From contig JAVCCD010000339.1 of assembly GCA_030765665.1 (NCBI GenBank), positions 1 to 40,838 of the forward strand: DNA of 40,838 nucleotides, written 5' to 3'. The DNA comes from Candidatus Tenebribacter mawsonii (GTDB lineage Bacteria > Cloacimonadota > Cloacimonadia > Cloacimonadales > TCS61). Every line of letters begins with the position of its first letter. Position 1 is the stretch's first letter. Under the pieces are notes generated by a model. The model did not search any database. It saw nothing but the letters and a program-made list of their open reading frames with translations, and had not been told where the DNA came from. Positions 26,036-34,698 of this stretch are shown here, in pieces. Position numbers and translations under genes: made by a program.

Positions 26036-26467
26036 TTAATCGAGGAGTTCTTCATCTTCGCTGCCCTCATCATCAATTCCATAACCATGATAAGATGCAT
26101 CTTCTACATCATACCAAACTGTTTTTCCTTCACCTTCAGGGAAATCTGCTGTAGAAGTAGCCATATATTTCTTTGGTGGATTACCTACAACTTCAAATTC
26201 CCAGTTTTTCTCTGTTCTGTTACCAAGATTAGTATCTTCTAAAGCGGACTCAACATCGTAATCTGCAGTAGATCCGTAAGTTTGATATTGAACTCTGAAA
26301 GTTTGGCGTAAGGCGGCAATAGCAGATTGTGCTTCGGTTGATCTTGCCTGGCGCACATAACTCATGTAAATTGGAACCGCAATAGCTGCCAAAATGGCAA
26401 TAATAACAACAACAACTAACAACTCAATGAGACTAAATCCTTTTTGATTTTGTAATTTTTTAAACAT
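26036..26467 (-). CDS. pilA: Type IVa major pilin
   Basis: KG/FSLIELLVVVVIIAILAAIAVP class III signal. RBS AGGAGG. First gene of the operon. Confidence 0.9.
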   Translation of the reverse strand: MFKKLQNQKGFSLIELLVVVVIIAILAAIAVPIYMSYVRQARSTEAQSAIAALRQTFRVQYQTYGSTADYDVESALEDTNLGNRTEKNWEFEVVGNPPKKYMATSTADFPEGEGKTVWYDVEDASYHGYGIDDEGSEDEELLD

Positions 26468-26502
26468 TGTACGTCCTCCTAGATTATTTTCGTTTCTTTA
26501 TT

Positions 26503-26520
26503 ATGCAAATTCTGTTCCGA
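26503..26520 (-). promoter_or_regulatory. Sigma54-like -24/-12 promoter candidate upstream of pilA
   Basis: The minus strand reads CGGAACAGAATTTGCAT, giving GG-N10-GC spacing and a TTGCA -12 box. The GC lies ~37 nt upstream of the ATG. Confidence 0.45.
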
Positions 26521-26644
26521 GAAATTTATTCCTTTCATTTTTTTGCAAGTATTATTTTAATTAATTATTTAACATATTGTCATTAAAAAATATTTTTATA
26601 TAAAAACATTTTCTTTGTAACTTTCAATTTGAGTTTCCTCATCT

Positions 26645-26680
26645 AAAAAAAACAGGTTCCTACAATTTATTACAAGAACC
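26645..26680 (-). terminator. Intrinsic terminator of the 1012-aa gene
   Basis: An 11-bp stem (26655..26680) with three G-U pairs that are valid only on the minus strand, followed by U8. Confidence 0.6.
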
Positions 26681-26707
26681 CGTTTAGCTTAAAAAAGTGA
26701 TGAGGCT

Positions 26708-29700
26708 TTATTTAAGTAATAACATTCTCTTACTATCAATAATTTTTCTATCACTAACCAAGCGATAGAAATAAATACCGGAAGACACACCTTTATTATC
26801 ATCATCTGTACCATTCCAAACATATGAAAACTGCCCAGCCGGGAGTTGACCTGTGAATAGTTGTTTCACTCGTTGCCCTTTCAAATTATAAATGATCAAT
26901 TCTACATTCTGTAAGTTCTCATTGGCTAAAGAGAAAGAGATGGTTGTTGAAGGATTGAAAGGATTTGGGAAATTTGTATGAAGTACAGTTTTTAAAACAG
27001 GTATGTCATCAGCTGAAGCTGAAGTTTTTGTGATAAGTGCCGAGTAAGCTGGAATTGATTCAACACCATTTGTATACACAGATCTTATGGCAAATTGATA
27101 CGTAGCATTAGGAAGCGATATCCAGCTTTGATCAACATAAAATGTATCTGCAACTCCTTGGGCAACAAGTTCCCAGTCTTCAGGATTATTGTGTTGACTT
27201 TCATAAAACCTGTAAACGTTGTATGCTTCAAATTGTCTGTTACTTACAATGCTATTTTCAGATTTCTGTATAGTTTCTTGTTCCTCTGCCAAAGTGTTTC
27301 CCATATTAATACCATAAGCACGAATCATGAAATTACGTTCATAGTTTGGACCGTAAGAACCCAACTCTTCCCAAAGCCCTGCTGCTGTCCAATCCTCTTT
27401 AAGGAATTGCGTTCCACTCTGGAATTCCCATGGTTCACCGGTTCCATCATCCAATCCAATTGAAGTATATTCATTTGGTGTTGAGACTCCGACAAAGAAT
27501 CCTTCAAACGCTTCGATAGATTCTTCAATTTCATGAGTATTCCATTCATCATCAACGTTGTTTATCAAACCAGATTCGTAAAGTACAACATTAGCATTTG
27601 GACCATCGTTTTCATCTAATCCAAATAAATATAGTTTTACCTGATTATGCGTACCGTAATCTGAACAGAGATACCATTGAATTTCCTGAATAATTGAGAT
27701 ATTGGGATGAACAGCGCCAAATACAGCATTTGCCGGTGTTGAATTTAAACCAAATAAGAAACTCTGATCCCCATCATCGTAGCGAAATTCTCCACCACCC
27801 TGACCTGGTGATGTCCATGAAAGAGCTACTTCCATGCCAAATGGATCTTGTATAGCTTGAATGTTACCAGGAGGGAAAGCGATTTCATTCAATGTTATCG
27901 TTCCAAGATCTAAAGAAGTGCTTCCAACTGCTATCTCTTCAATATAACTATCATACCCTTCGTAGGTAATTTGTAAATCATAGGTAATGTTTGTGTAAAC
28001 TCCGCTTATAATAAAGTCACCATTTTCATCTGTTGTTGTCTGGTAATTTTCAAATCCTGTAATTTCTACAGTAGCATTCCCTAATCCTATTGCTGGGAGG
28101 TCACTCCCTACAACATGACCAGAAACAGAAACAACACCAAGCGGAATAAGATTAAAATCGAGTTCTGCTACTTCATCTTCAATAACTTCTTGAGTAATAG
28201 TTTGAGGAGAATATCCTACCAATTCTGCTGTAAAATCGTAAACATCTGCTATTACATTGCCAAAATGATAAAATCCCAGATCATCTGTATAGGTAACTGT
28301 TTGTGTCTCTTCAATAGTAACCTGTGCACCTTCCAAAGGGTTACTCTCTTCGTCATAAACATAACCTTCTACTTCTCCCATTGCACCAAGAAAGAATGTA
28401 AACGTAGTATTGGCAAAATATTCATTTGAATAGCTAATTTCCGGTGGATTTGCAGGATCAAATACTATTGTATTATCCCGCTCATATCTTGTTCTATCTA
28501 TATGCTCAAGTGTTGTAGTGTGCAAAAAATAATCAGTTGTTCCATAATTCTGAGTATCCATCGGACGATGAGACATAACAACAAGATTACCTCCATTATA
28601 AAAATATGGCGTAGTAAGCTGAATAGTAACATTGTTCGTTCCGGAAAAATATGAAACGTTTCCATTGAAAGCTTCTGTCAACGAAGTTGACGGTATCCAA
28701 CCATCAGTTAGATTAGTTTGAGTTGTCTCTCCGATCCAGATTGCTGTTGGCTTATTAAGCAGATTACTTGTAAAATTATTGTAATATGTAAGCGCTGTTA
28801 TCATTCCTTCACCGCCTGCAAGTTCATCTGCAAAATAAATAATCTCTGAAAGACTGTTTTTGTGTTCAAAACAAACTGGCGTTCTATTATTATTATCAGT
28901 TTCTTCTCCAACTGTAATTTCAATAATACCCGGAGGGAAAACTTGTACATTAAGAGTATTCGTTTCATCGTTATTGCTATTCTCATCTCCTGTAAGAAAA
29001 ACTTTTCCATAGACGTCAACTTCACCAGCCGGCTCATCTGCAGGAACGTTCCAAACAAGACTATGAACAACTGTTTCATCAGGAGCAATTGCTTGGCTAA
29101 CATCTATAGAACTTAACTCTGTCCCATTATTTTTATATAATTTTACTGTATAATTGTCTTGAGAATTGTTTCCAACATTCTTAACTGAAATATCATAATT
29201 TTCTGTGTTACCAGCATTAATTATTGAATTCCCTGTTATGCTCATGCCTGCAAGATCATTATCATAAGTAACAGTGGGTGGGAAAGTTATGCTGTCTATC
29301 CAACCCGTATCCAATCCAGTTGAGACACTTCCGTCTTTATAGTACTGCCATTTGAAAGTGCGTGATCCAGATAAAACATTTGATGTAATTTGAGTCCAAC
29401 CAACGGTTCCGGATATTTCATCAATTAAATTTCCATCAAGATAAAATCTAAGATAGTCATAATTACTCTCACTATTTACTTTCCAATAAAAACTTATGTT
29501 TCCATTATCAGTTATATCAAGTGTAACTTCTAAAGATGATGTTTGGCTATGAGTAATAACCCCACTTTGTGCACAGAAGCTTCCACTATAAGGATCACTA
29601 CTGGTAACAAACCAGTCAGCATTTCCACTTAACTGCCATTCAAAGGCAGAAAAATCTCCTGTCTCAAATCCTTCAAAATCTTGAGCGTAGATCAATGAAG

Positions 29701-29746
29701 ACATTGATATCAATATTATAAATAGTACAATTTCCTTTTTAAACAT
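26708..29746 (-). CDS. Large secreted multidomain protein with a T9SS C-terminal sorting domain
   Basis: Signal peptide. A CARDB-like segment (NAGNTENYDISVKNVGNN...). A carboxypeptidase-regulatory-like fold (GYVYDEESNPLEGAQVTI...). C-terminal FPNPFNPSTTISF...IYNLKGQRVK...SGIYFYRL...MLLLK. Confidence 0.8.
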   Translation of the reverse strand: MFKKEIVLFIILISMSSLIYAQDFEGFETGDFSAFEWQLSGNADWFVTSSDPYSGSFCAQSGVITHSQTSSLEVTLDITDNGNISFYWKVNSESNYDYLRFYLDGNLIDEISGTVGWTQITSNVLSGSRTFKWQYYKDGSVSTGLDTGWIDSITFPPTVTYDNDLAGMSITGNSIINAGNTENYDISVKNVGNNSQDNYTVKLYKNNGTELSSIDVSQAIAPDETVVHSLVWNVPADEPAGEVDVYGKVFLTGDENSNNDETNTLNVQVFPPGIIEITVGEETDNNNRTPVCFEHKNSLSEIIYFADELAGGEGMITALTYYNNFTSNLLNKPTAIWIGETTQTNLTDGWIPSTSLTEAFNGNVSYFSGTNNVTIQLTTPYFYNGGNLVVMSHRPMDTQNYGTTDYFLHTTTLEHIDRTRYERDNTIVFDPANPPEISYSNEYFANTTFTFFLGAMGEVEGYVYDEESNPLEGAQVTIEETQTVTYTDDLGFYHFGNVIADVYDFTAELVGYSPQTITQEVIEDEVAELDFNLIPLGVVSVSGHVVGSDLPAIGLGNATVEITGFENYQTTTDENGDFIISGVYTNITYDLQITYEGYDSYIEEIAVGSTSLDLGTITLNEIAFPPGNIQAIQDPFGMEVALSWTSPGQGGGEFRYDDGDQSFLFGLNSTPANAVFGAVHPNISIIQEIQWYLCSDYGTHNQVKLYLFGLDENDGPNANVVLYESGLINNVDDEWNTHEIEESIEAFEGFFVGVSTPNEYTSIGLDDGTGEPWEFQSGTQFLKEDWTAAGLWEELGSYGPNYERNFMIRAYGINMGNTLAEEQETIQKSENSIVSNRQFEAYNVYRFYESQHNNPEDWELVAQGVADTFYVDQSWISLPNATYQFAIRSVYTNGVESIPAYSALITKTSASADDIPVLKTVLHTNFPNPFNPSTTISFSLANENLQNVELIIYNLKGQRVKQLFTGQLPAGQFSYVWNGTDDDNKGVSSGIYFYRLVSDRKIIDSKRMLLLK

Positions 29747-29774
29747 TCAAACTCCTAAATTTCTTTTTTATTTA

Positions 29775-29794
29775 GTATGCAAATATTATTCCAG
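29775..29794 (-). promoter_or_regulatory. Sigma54-like -24/-12 promoter candidate upstream of the 1012-aa gene
   Basis: The minus strand reads CTGGAATAATATTTGCATAC, with GG-N10-GC spacing. Confidence 0.4.
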
Positions 29795-29927
29795 CATAAA
29801 TTCTAAAAACCATTATTAACTAGTATAACCAGAAATGAATGTTTTGGTGTCAAGCGCATAGTTAAATCCAAATAAAATTGTTTGACAATAATGTTTGATA
29901 TTGCATCTGTAAAAATGGGGTGAGTAC

Positions 29928-32900
29928 ATGAGAAGATTACTAATGCTAGTTACAATCCTATTAATTTGCGCAAATGCAATTTCAATAATTGTAGAGACTG
30001 CATCTTTCACAGAATTTCTGTATGGGGTTACCGAAGATTGCGAATATGATAACTGGGTTTCTCATGTTTCAGAAGGGATTGCAAATGAAGGATATAATCT
30101 TTACTCCCCGTGGGAAGTACAAGCTGATAGTTTTGGAACATTTGTACTTCCTGATGATGTTATGCTTAACCAATGGCAAAATGTTGTTGATGCATTTCTT
30201 TTGCAAGATTATATTGCAGTTCAAGCTTGGCTGAATATCTACGATTTTCCATATAATATTGTTGAATTCCATGATACAGATAGCGGAAACATCTACTACA
30301 TGTTGCGTGAGATACTAAATCCAGAATATTATGATTCTAATGGAACAATCTCTATTCATGATGATGAAATAGGTTCTTTTGATTATGGATGGGGACTTTT
30401 TGTACACAACCCCCAAGCGATCTCTCCAATTATTGTAACTGTTCCCCACCCGAATGATGATTTTATAACTCCTGTAATTGGCTATAAATGTTTCAGTGAC
30501 TGGGATGCAAAATTTTTGTTGATCTCTGGTGCAGGAAGAGAAGTATTTTGGGATGGATATGGAAGTTATACTAACTCCCATTCTCTATGTGATCCATCAA
30601 GAAATAATGATGTTGCATTTAATACAGCTTATAGATCATTCTGTGATGACATAAGGGATGAATATGGGCAAAGAGAATTTTCTGCTCAGATTCATAGTTA
30701 TGATTGGAACAGGCATGATAATCATCCTGATTGTCAGATATCTGCAATGAGTGATTGCCCGAACTTACCAATCAGAGATCTTTCTAATCTGCATCTCGAT
30801 ATGATAAATGCTTCACAACACATCACAATCCCACAGAATACAATAGGTTCCAATAATGAAGTTTTACTTAACGATTATTACTCTGCTAATTATTCAATTT
30901 ATGATTTCCTCTTCTATAATTGGGATGGGGAACCATATGAAGTTAATGACAATGTTGATCTTCCTGGTTATAGTGGAAATAAACAAAGGTTATATTCATA
31001 CCAAGATTGGAACGAATTTGATGTTTTTGATCCTTTCTTTCATATAGAGATGGATGAACTTCCAGGAAGTTATGACGAAACCCAAGATAATTATAATTGG
31101 TTTTATGGTTTTGATCCTGAAAGCAATTCATTCCAAATGGATAGGCTTTTTGATAATACACTGGAATATTATTCAATCTGGGTAGATGCAATGACGGATA
31201 TAGTTCATGAAGCTATGGAACTTGATGATGGTTTAACGCCTCCTACTCCGCGAAATTTTACTGCATCATATATTGACCATAATTCAATCGATCTAGTATG
31301 GAATGCTGTTTCATCTTATGATTTTCATACATATGAGCTCCTTTTTGCTGATAATCCAATTACACCTGTAAATCACACTCTGATCAATAGAGAAAATCTT
31401 GATACTTTTGCTAGTCCTCTTAATAATACATATTCTTTAACTTCACTTAATATGAACGACAACTATTATTTTCAGATTCGCTCTATTGATAAAAATGGCA
31501 ACTCTTCTATCTTAACTGAGCAACTTGAAGTGTTTACAGCACCAGCACATGTAGATGACCTTACAGCAATCGGTCTTGATTCTGAAATTAACATTAAATG
31601 GACTGCAGTACAACAAAATGGCAACATGGGATTTAACATTTATAGAAAGCAACAGAATGATGAGTTTGTTCTGATAGATAGTTGGACAAATAATTTTCTC
31701 TTATCAGGTACGCAAAATCTTTTGGAAGAATACTCTTACATTGATAATAATCTTGATAATGGAGTAATTTACACTTACAAAATTTCATCTGAAAATGAGA
31801 ATGGAGATGAATTTCCTTATGAACAACTTCAAAGCTGTTCCCCAAGTAATTACTTTAATATTTTTGTTTCAAACTCCAGTTTTACTATTGTAGACTCAGT
31901 AACATTTGCAAAAAATCAATATGCTCATAGCTGGCAAGATCCGGAATATGACATTGTAAAAAATATGGAGCTTCCAGATGAATATGTTTTCTCTGCCTTT
32001 TATGAGAGCAGCTGGATTCCTGGAGGTATGTATCTGCAGCAGGAAGTTCACGGAGATTTCTCTCCACGTGAAAGTTACCGAATCTGGAACTTGCGAGTTA
32101 AAACAAATCAACTTGATCAACCAATAGAAATATTTGTAAATCCTGAATTCATCGGCAATAATGGGAATCTATTTCTTCAAAATTTGCAAACTGATCAATT
32201 CACTAATATGGTAGATGGAAGTTATATTTTCTTTGCTGAAGATTCAGTTTATTACGATTTTAAGCTATACTGGGGTAACCTGCATCCATACGTAATTTCT
32301 GTATATTCACAAACTAAATTAAATCGTGGTGGTGATGAAATGACAATAGTATGGAATCCTCAGATTCAACAACTTATAGAATATTTTGATATTTCCTTGC
32401 AGAATGAAGATACTTCAATTTTGATTTCTGACCATGTAAACAGATTTGATGAAGAGTTTATTTGGGAAATACCTGAACAAACTGAGATCGATAAAGCTAA
32501 AATTGTAATTCGTGCTCATGCAGTTGATGGACAAATATTCGAAAAACAATCTAACGAGTTTTATGGAGTAATTCCACTAGAATATACACTCGAATATACT
32601 CAAGGCTGGCAGTTGATAACAAATCCTTGGTGTAGTGATGAGTTGTTTTTAACTTCAGATGTATTCAGCGCTAATTCAGAACTATTGGAGTTTGATCAAC
32701 ATCTTGGTTTTAGTGATAGTGATGAGTTTCAATTTGGAAATGGATACTGGCTCAATGCATCATCAGAAGGTTCTTATACAAATTCTGGATCTGTTATTAC
32801 ATCAGACAATTATAACATCCCTTTACAATCTGGTTGGAATTTGATTCCAAATCCATATTTATGTTCATATGAACCACATAATTTAATTATTATAAATTCT

Positions 32901-33851
32901 GGAGAGTATAGTTCATATAGAGATGCCGTTTTAGATAAATTAATAGCAAATGTGGTTTATGTGTACAGAGACAACAAATTTATGGTTACCAATGTAATTA
33001 AACCACATGAAGCATTTTATTTTTATGTAAACAACGAATATTATGATAATATGGAAATTAGATTCACGCCATATTTTGTAGGATACTATAATATCCCTGA
33101 AGTAGATTGGAAAGTTACCCTTACAGCTTTTCAAACTGATGGTGATGAGATAATTGTAGGATGCAGTGAATTTGCTTCTGATAACTTTGACAATGAATAC
33201 GATGTACCTGAGCCTCCAGCAAAACCGGTTCAGAACGGGATAACGATGTATATTCCCAAACATTCACCTGCTGATTCGCTTTTTCTTTATCCTAACTTGA
33301 ATTGTGAGATCAAATCATCTCTGGAAACAGGGATCTCAGAAAGTAAATTGTGGAATTTCATTTTGGAGGTACACACTTTGGATGCAGTAACACTAGAATT
33401 CGATATGTTGAATTTACCGGAAGGATATCATGCAGACATACAAATTGATGGTAATAGTTGGAATCAGTTAACAAACGAGAATTATATTTATTCCTTTATT
33501 CCTTCTCAAATTGGCATGATAGATGGCTACATTGAAATATGTAATAATGTTGCATCTGCTGAGGAGATTATTTCTAAAGCATATGATTTTGTTAACTTCC
33601 CAAATCCATTTAATCCTTCCACAAAAATTCGTTTTAATGTTCCCCAAGAAGGTAACGTAGAGTTATCTATTTACAATATCAAAGGACAAAAAGTAAAAAC
33701 TCTATGTGATCAAATTCTATCTTCTGGTAATCATGAATATGTATGGGATGGAAAGAACAACTCTAATAGTGTAGTCGCTTCCGGTATCTATTTTTTAAAT
33801 TTGAAAACTCACGAAGAAACAAGGATTAAAAAAGTATTATTGTTGAAATAA
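29928..33851 (+). CDS. Very large secreted protein with FN3-like domains and a T9SS C-terminal sorting domain
   Basis: RBS GGGGTGAG. Signal peptide. FN3-like units (PPTPRNFTASYIDHNSIDLVWNAV...; APAHVDDLTAIGLDSEINIKWTAV...). C-terminal FPNPFNPSTKIRF...IYNIKGQKVK...SGIYFLNL...VLLLK. Confidence 0.8.
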   Translation: MRRLLMLVTILLICANAISIIVETASFTEFLYGVTEDCEYDNWVSHVSEGIANEGYNLYSPWEVQADSFGTFVLPDDVMLNQWQNVVDAFLLQDYIAVQAWLNIYDFPYNIVEFHDTDSGNIYYMLREILNPEYYDSNGTISIHDDEIGSFDYGWGLFVHNPQAISPIIVTVPHPNDDFITPVIGYKCFSDWDAKFLLISGAGREVFWDGYGSYTNSHSLCDPSRNNDVAFNTAYRSFCDDIRDEYGQREFSAQIHSYDWNRHDNHPDCQISAMSDCPNLPIRDLSNLHLDMINASQHITIPQNTIGSNNEVLLNDYYSANYSIYDFLFYNWDGEPYEVNDNVDLPGYSGNKQRLYSYQDWNEFDVFDPFFHIEMDELPGSYDETQDNYNWFYGFDPESNSFQMDRLFDNTLEYYSIWVDAMTDIVHEAMELDDGLTPPTPRNFTASYIDHNSIDLVWNAVSSYDFHTYELLFADNPITPVNHTLINRENLDTFASPLNNTYSLTSLNMNDNYYFQIRSIDKNGNSSILTEQLEVFTAPAHVDDLTAIGLDSEINIKWTAVQQNGNMGFNIYRKQQNDEFVLIDSWTNNFLLSGTQNLLEEYSYIDNNLDNGVIYTYKISSENENGDEFPYEQLQSCSPSNYFNIFVSNSSFTIVDSVTFAKNQYAHSWQDPEYDIVKNMELPDEYVFSAFYESSWIPGGMYLQQEVHGDFSPRESYRIWNLRVKTNQLDQPIEIFVNPEFIGNNGNLFLQNLQTDQFTNMVDGSYIFFAEDSVYYDFKLYWGNLHPYVISVYSQTKLNRGGDEMTIVWNPQIQQLIEYFDISLQNEDTSILISDHVNRFDEEFIWEIPEQTEIDKAKIVIRAHAVDGQIFEKQSNEFYGVIPLEYTLEYTQGWQLITNPWCSDELFLTSDVFSANSELLEFDQHLGFSDSDEFQFGNGYWLNASSEGSYTNSGSVITSDNYNIPLQSGWNLIPNPYLCSYEPHNLIIINSGEYSSYRDAVLDKLIANVVYVYRDNKFMVTNVIKPHEAFYFYVNNEYYDNMEIRFTPYFVGYYNIPEVDWKVTLTAFQTDGDEIIVGCSEFASDNFDNEYDVPEPPAKPVQNGITMYIPKHSPADSLFLYPNLNCEIKSSLETGISESKLWNFILEVHTLDAVTLEFDMLNLPEGYHADIQIDGNSWNQLTNENYIYSFIPSQIGMIDGYIEICNNVASAEEIISKAYDFVNFPNPFNPSTKIRFNVPQEGNVELSIYNIKGQKVKTLCDQILSSGNHEYVWDGKNNSNSVVASGIYFLNLKTHEETRIKKVLLLK

Positions 33852-33859
33852 GAATTAGT

Positions 33860-34441
33860 CTACAAACTAAAATTAAACGAAATGCCCAATAAAACAATGT
33901 GCTCACTAAAATCTATTACATCAACGTTTTCTACTTCCTTATTGGCATATAAATATTTGTAAATTCCATAAAATCCAATTTTCCAAAAAGCTCTGATATT
34001 GATTCCCCCCTCCAGATCAAATACTGTTCCACTATGGGTTTTATCTTCGCTACCATCTTTAGGAACTTTCAACCAACCAAGTCCACCACCAGCAAAAAAA
34101 TTAATTTTGTCAGTTTTGAATGGCTTTTTCATATAAAGAAGATTTATTATTGTCATATCAGAAATTTCGTATGTGTGAGTAGGACCTGCACTGTTAGTGT
34201 AGTATTCACCGGAAAGCGAAATAGCTATAGGGCATTTGGTAAGTTTTACATCAATAGCTATCTGACCTCCACCTAATTTGTCAATCTCAGATCTTGCATC
34301 CTTAAAACCTCCCTGCCCAAATCGAATTATGAAATTTACTTTTTTCTCTTTGGCAATAAAAGTTTCTTGAGCATTAAGTTTAATATAGGGAATTGTAACA
34401 AGGCTGAACAGTAAAAAAGAGAGAATAAAGTTTCTTATCAT
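33860..34441 (-). CDS. Small outer-membrane beta-barrel protein (OMP_b-brl-like)
   Basis: Signal peptide, alternating hydrophobic and Gly/aromatic-rich strands, and a C-terminal ISFNFSL. RBS AAGGAG. Confidence 0.5.
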   Translation of the reverse strand: MIRNFILSFLLFSLVTIPYIKLNAQETFIAKEKKVNFIIRFGQGGFKDARSEIDKLGGGQIAIDVKLTKCPIAISLSGEYYTNSAGPTHTYEISDMTIINLLYMKKPFKTDKINFFAGGGLGWLKVPKDGSEDKTHSGTVFDLEGGINIRAFWKIGFYGIYKYLYANKEVENVDVIDFSEHIVLLGISFNFSL

Positions 34442-34644
34442 AACAAACTCCTTTTACAAATCTTCGAATAATCGCGGAAGTATCAAAAAAAACCATCGGA
34501 TCCAGAAATGCCTAAATTATCAAATCTAATACTTCTTTATCTGCAACTCCTAAGAAGCTTCACATAATTTACGATGTCAAACGTTTTTTTTGTAGTTTTT
34601 AGAATTAACGCTCGTACAGTATTAAATTTAATTCAAGATAACCA

Positions 34645-34675
34645 ATAAAAAACGCTTCGAAAAAATCGAAGCGTT
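34645..34675 (-). terminator. Intrinsic terminator
   Basis: A perfect 10-bp stem, AACGCTTCGA/TCGAAGCGTT (34651..34675), followed on the minus strand by UUUUUUAUU. Confidence 0.75.
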
Positions 34676-34698
34676 AAGATATCAATAATTATTATGAA

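Noticed and set aside
11984-26467. Interpreting the secretin/GspE/GspF/prepilin-peptidase cluster as a type II secretion system.
   Set aside because: The presence of PilT, PilM/N/O-type alignment genes and a PilA-type major pilin as the first gene argues against it. So does the absence of GspC/L/M-like genes. Together these point to a type IVa pilus.
29816-30010. 64-aa minus-strand ORF in the divergent intergenic region.
   Set aside because: It overlaps the start and signal peptide of the 1307-aa gene and the promoter region. It has no RBS and no recognisable features.
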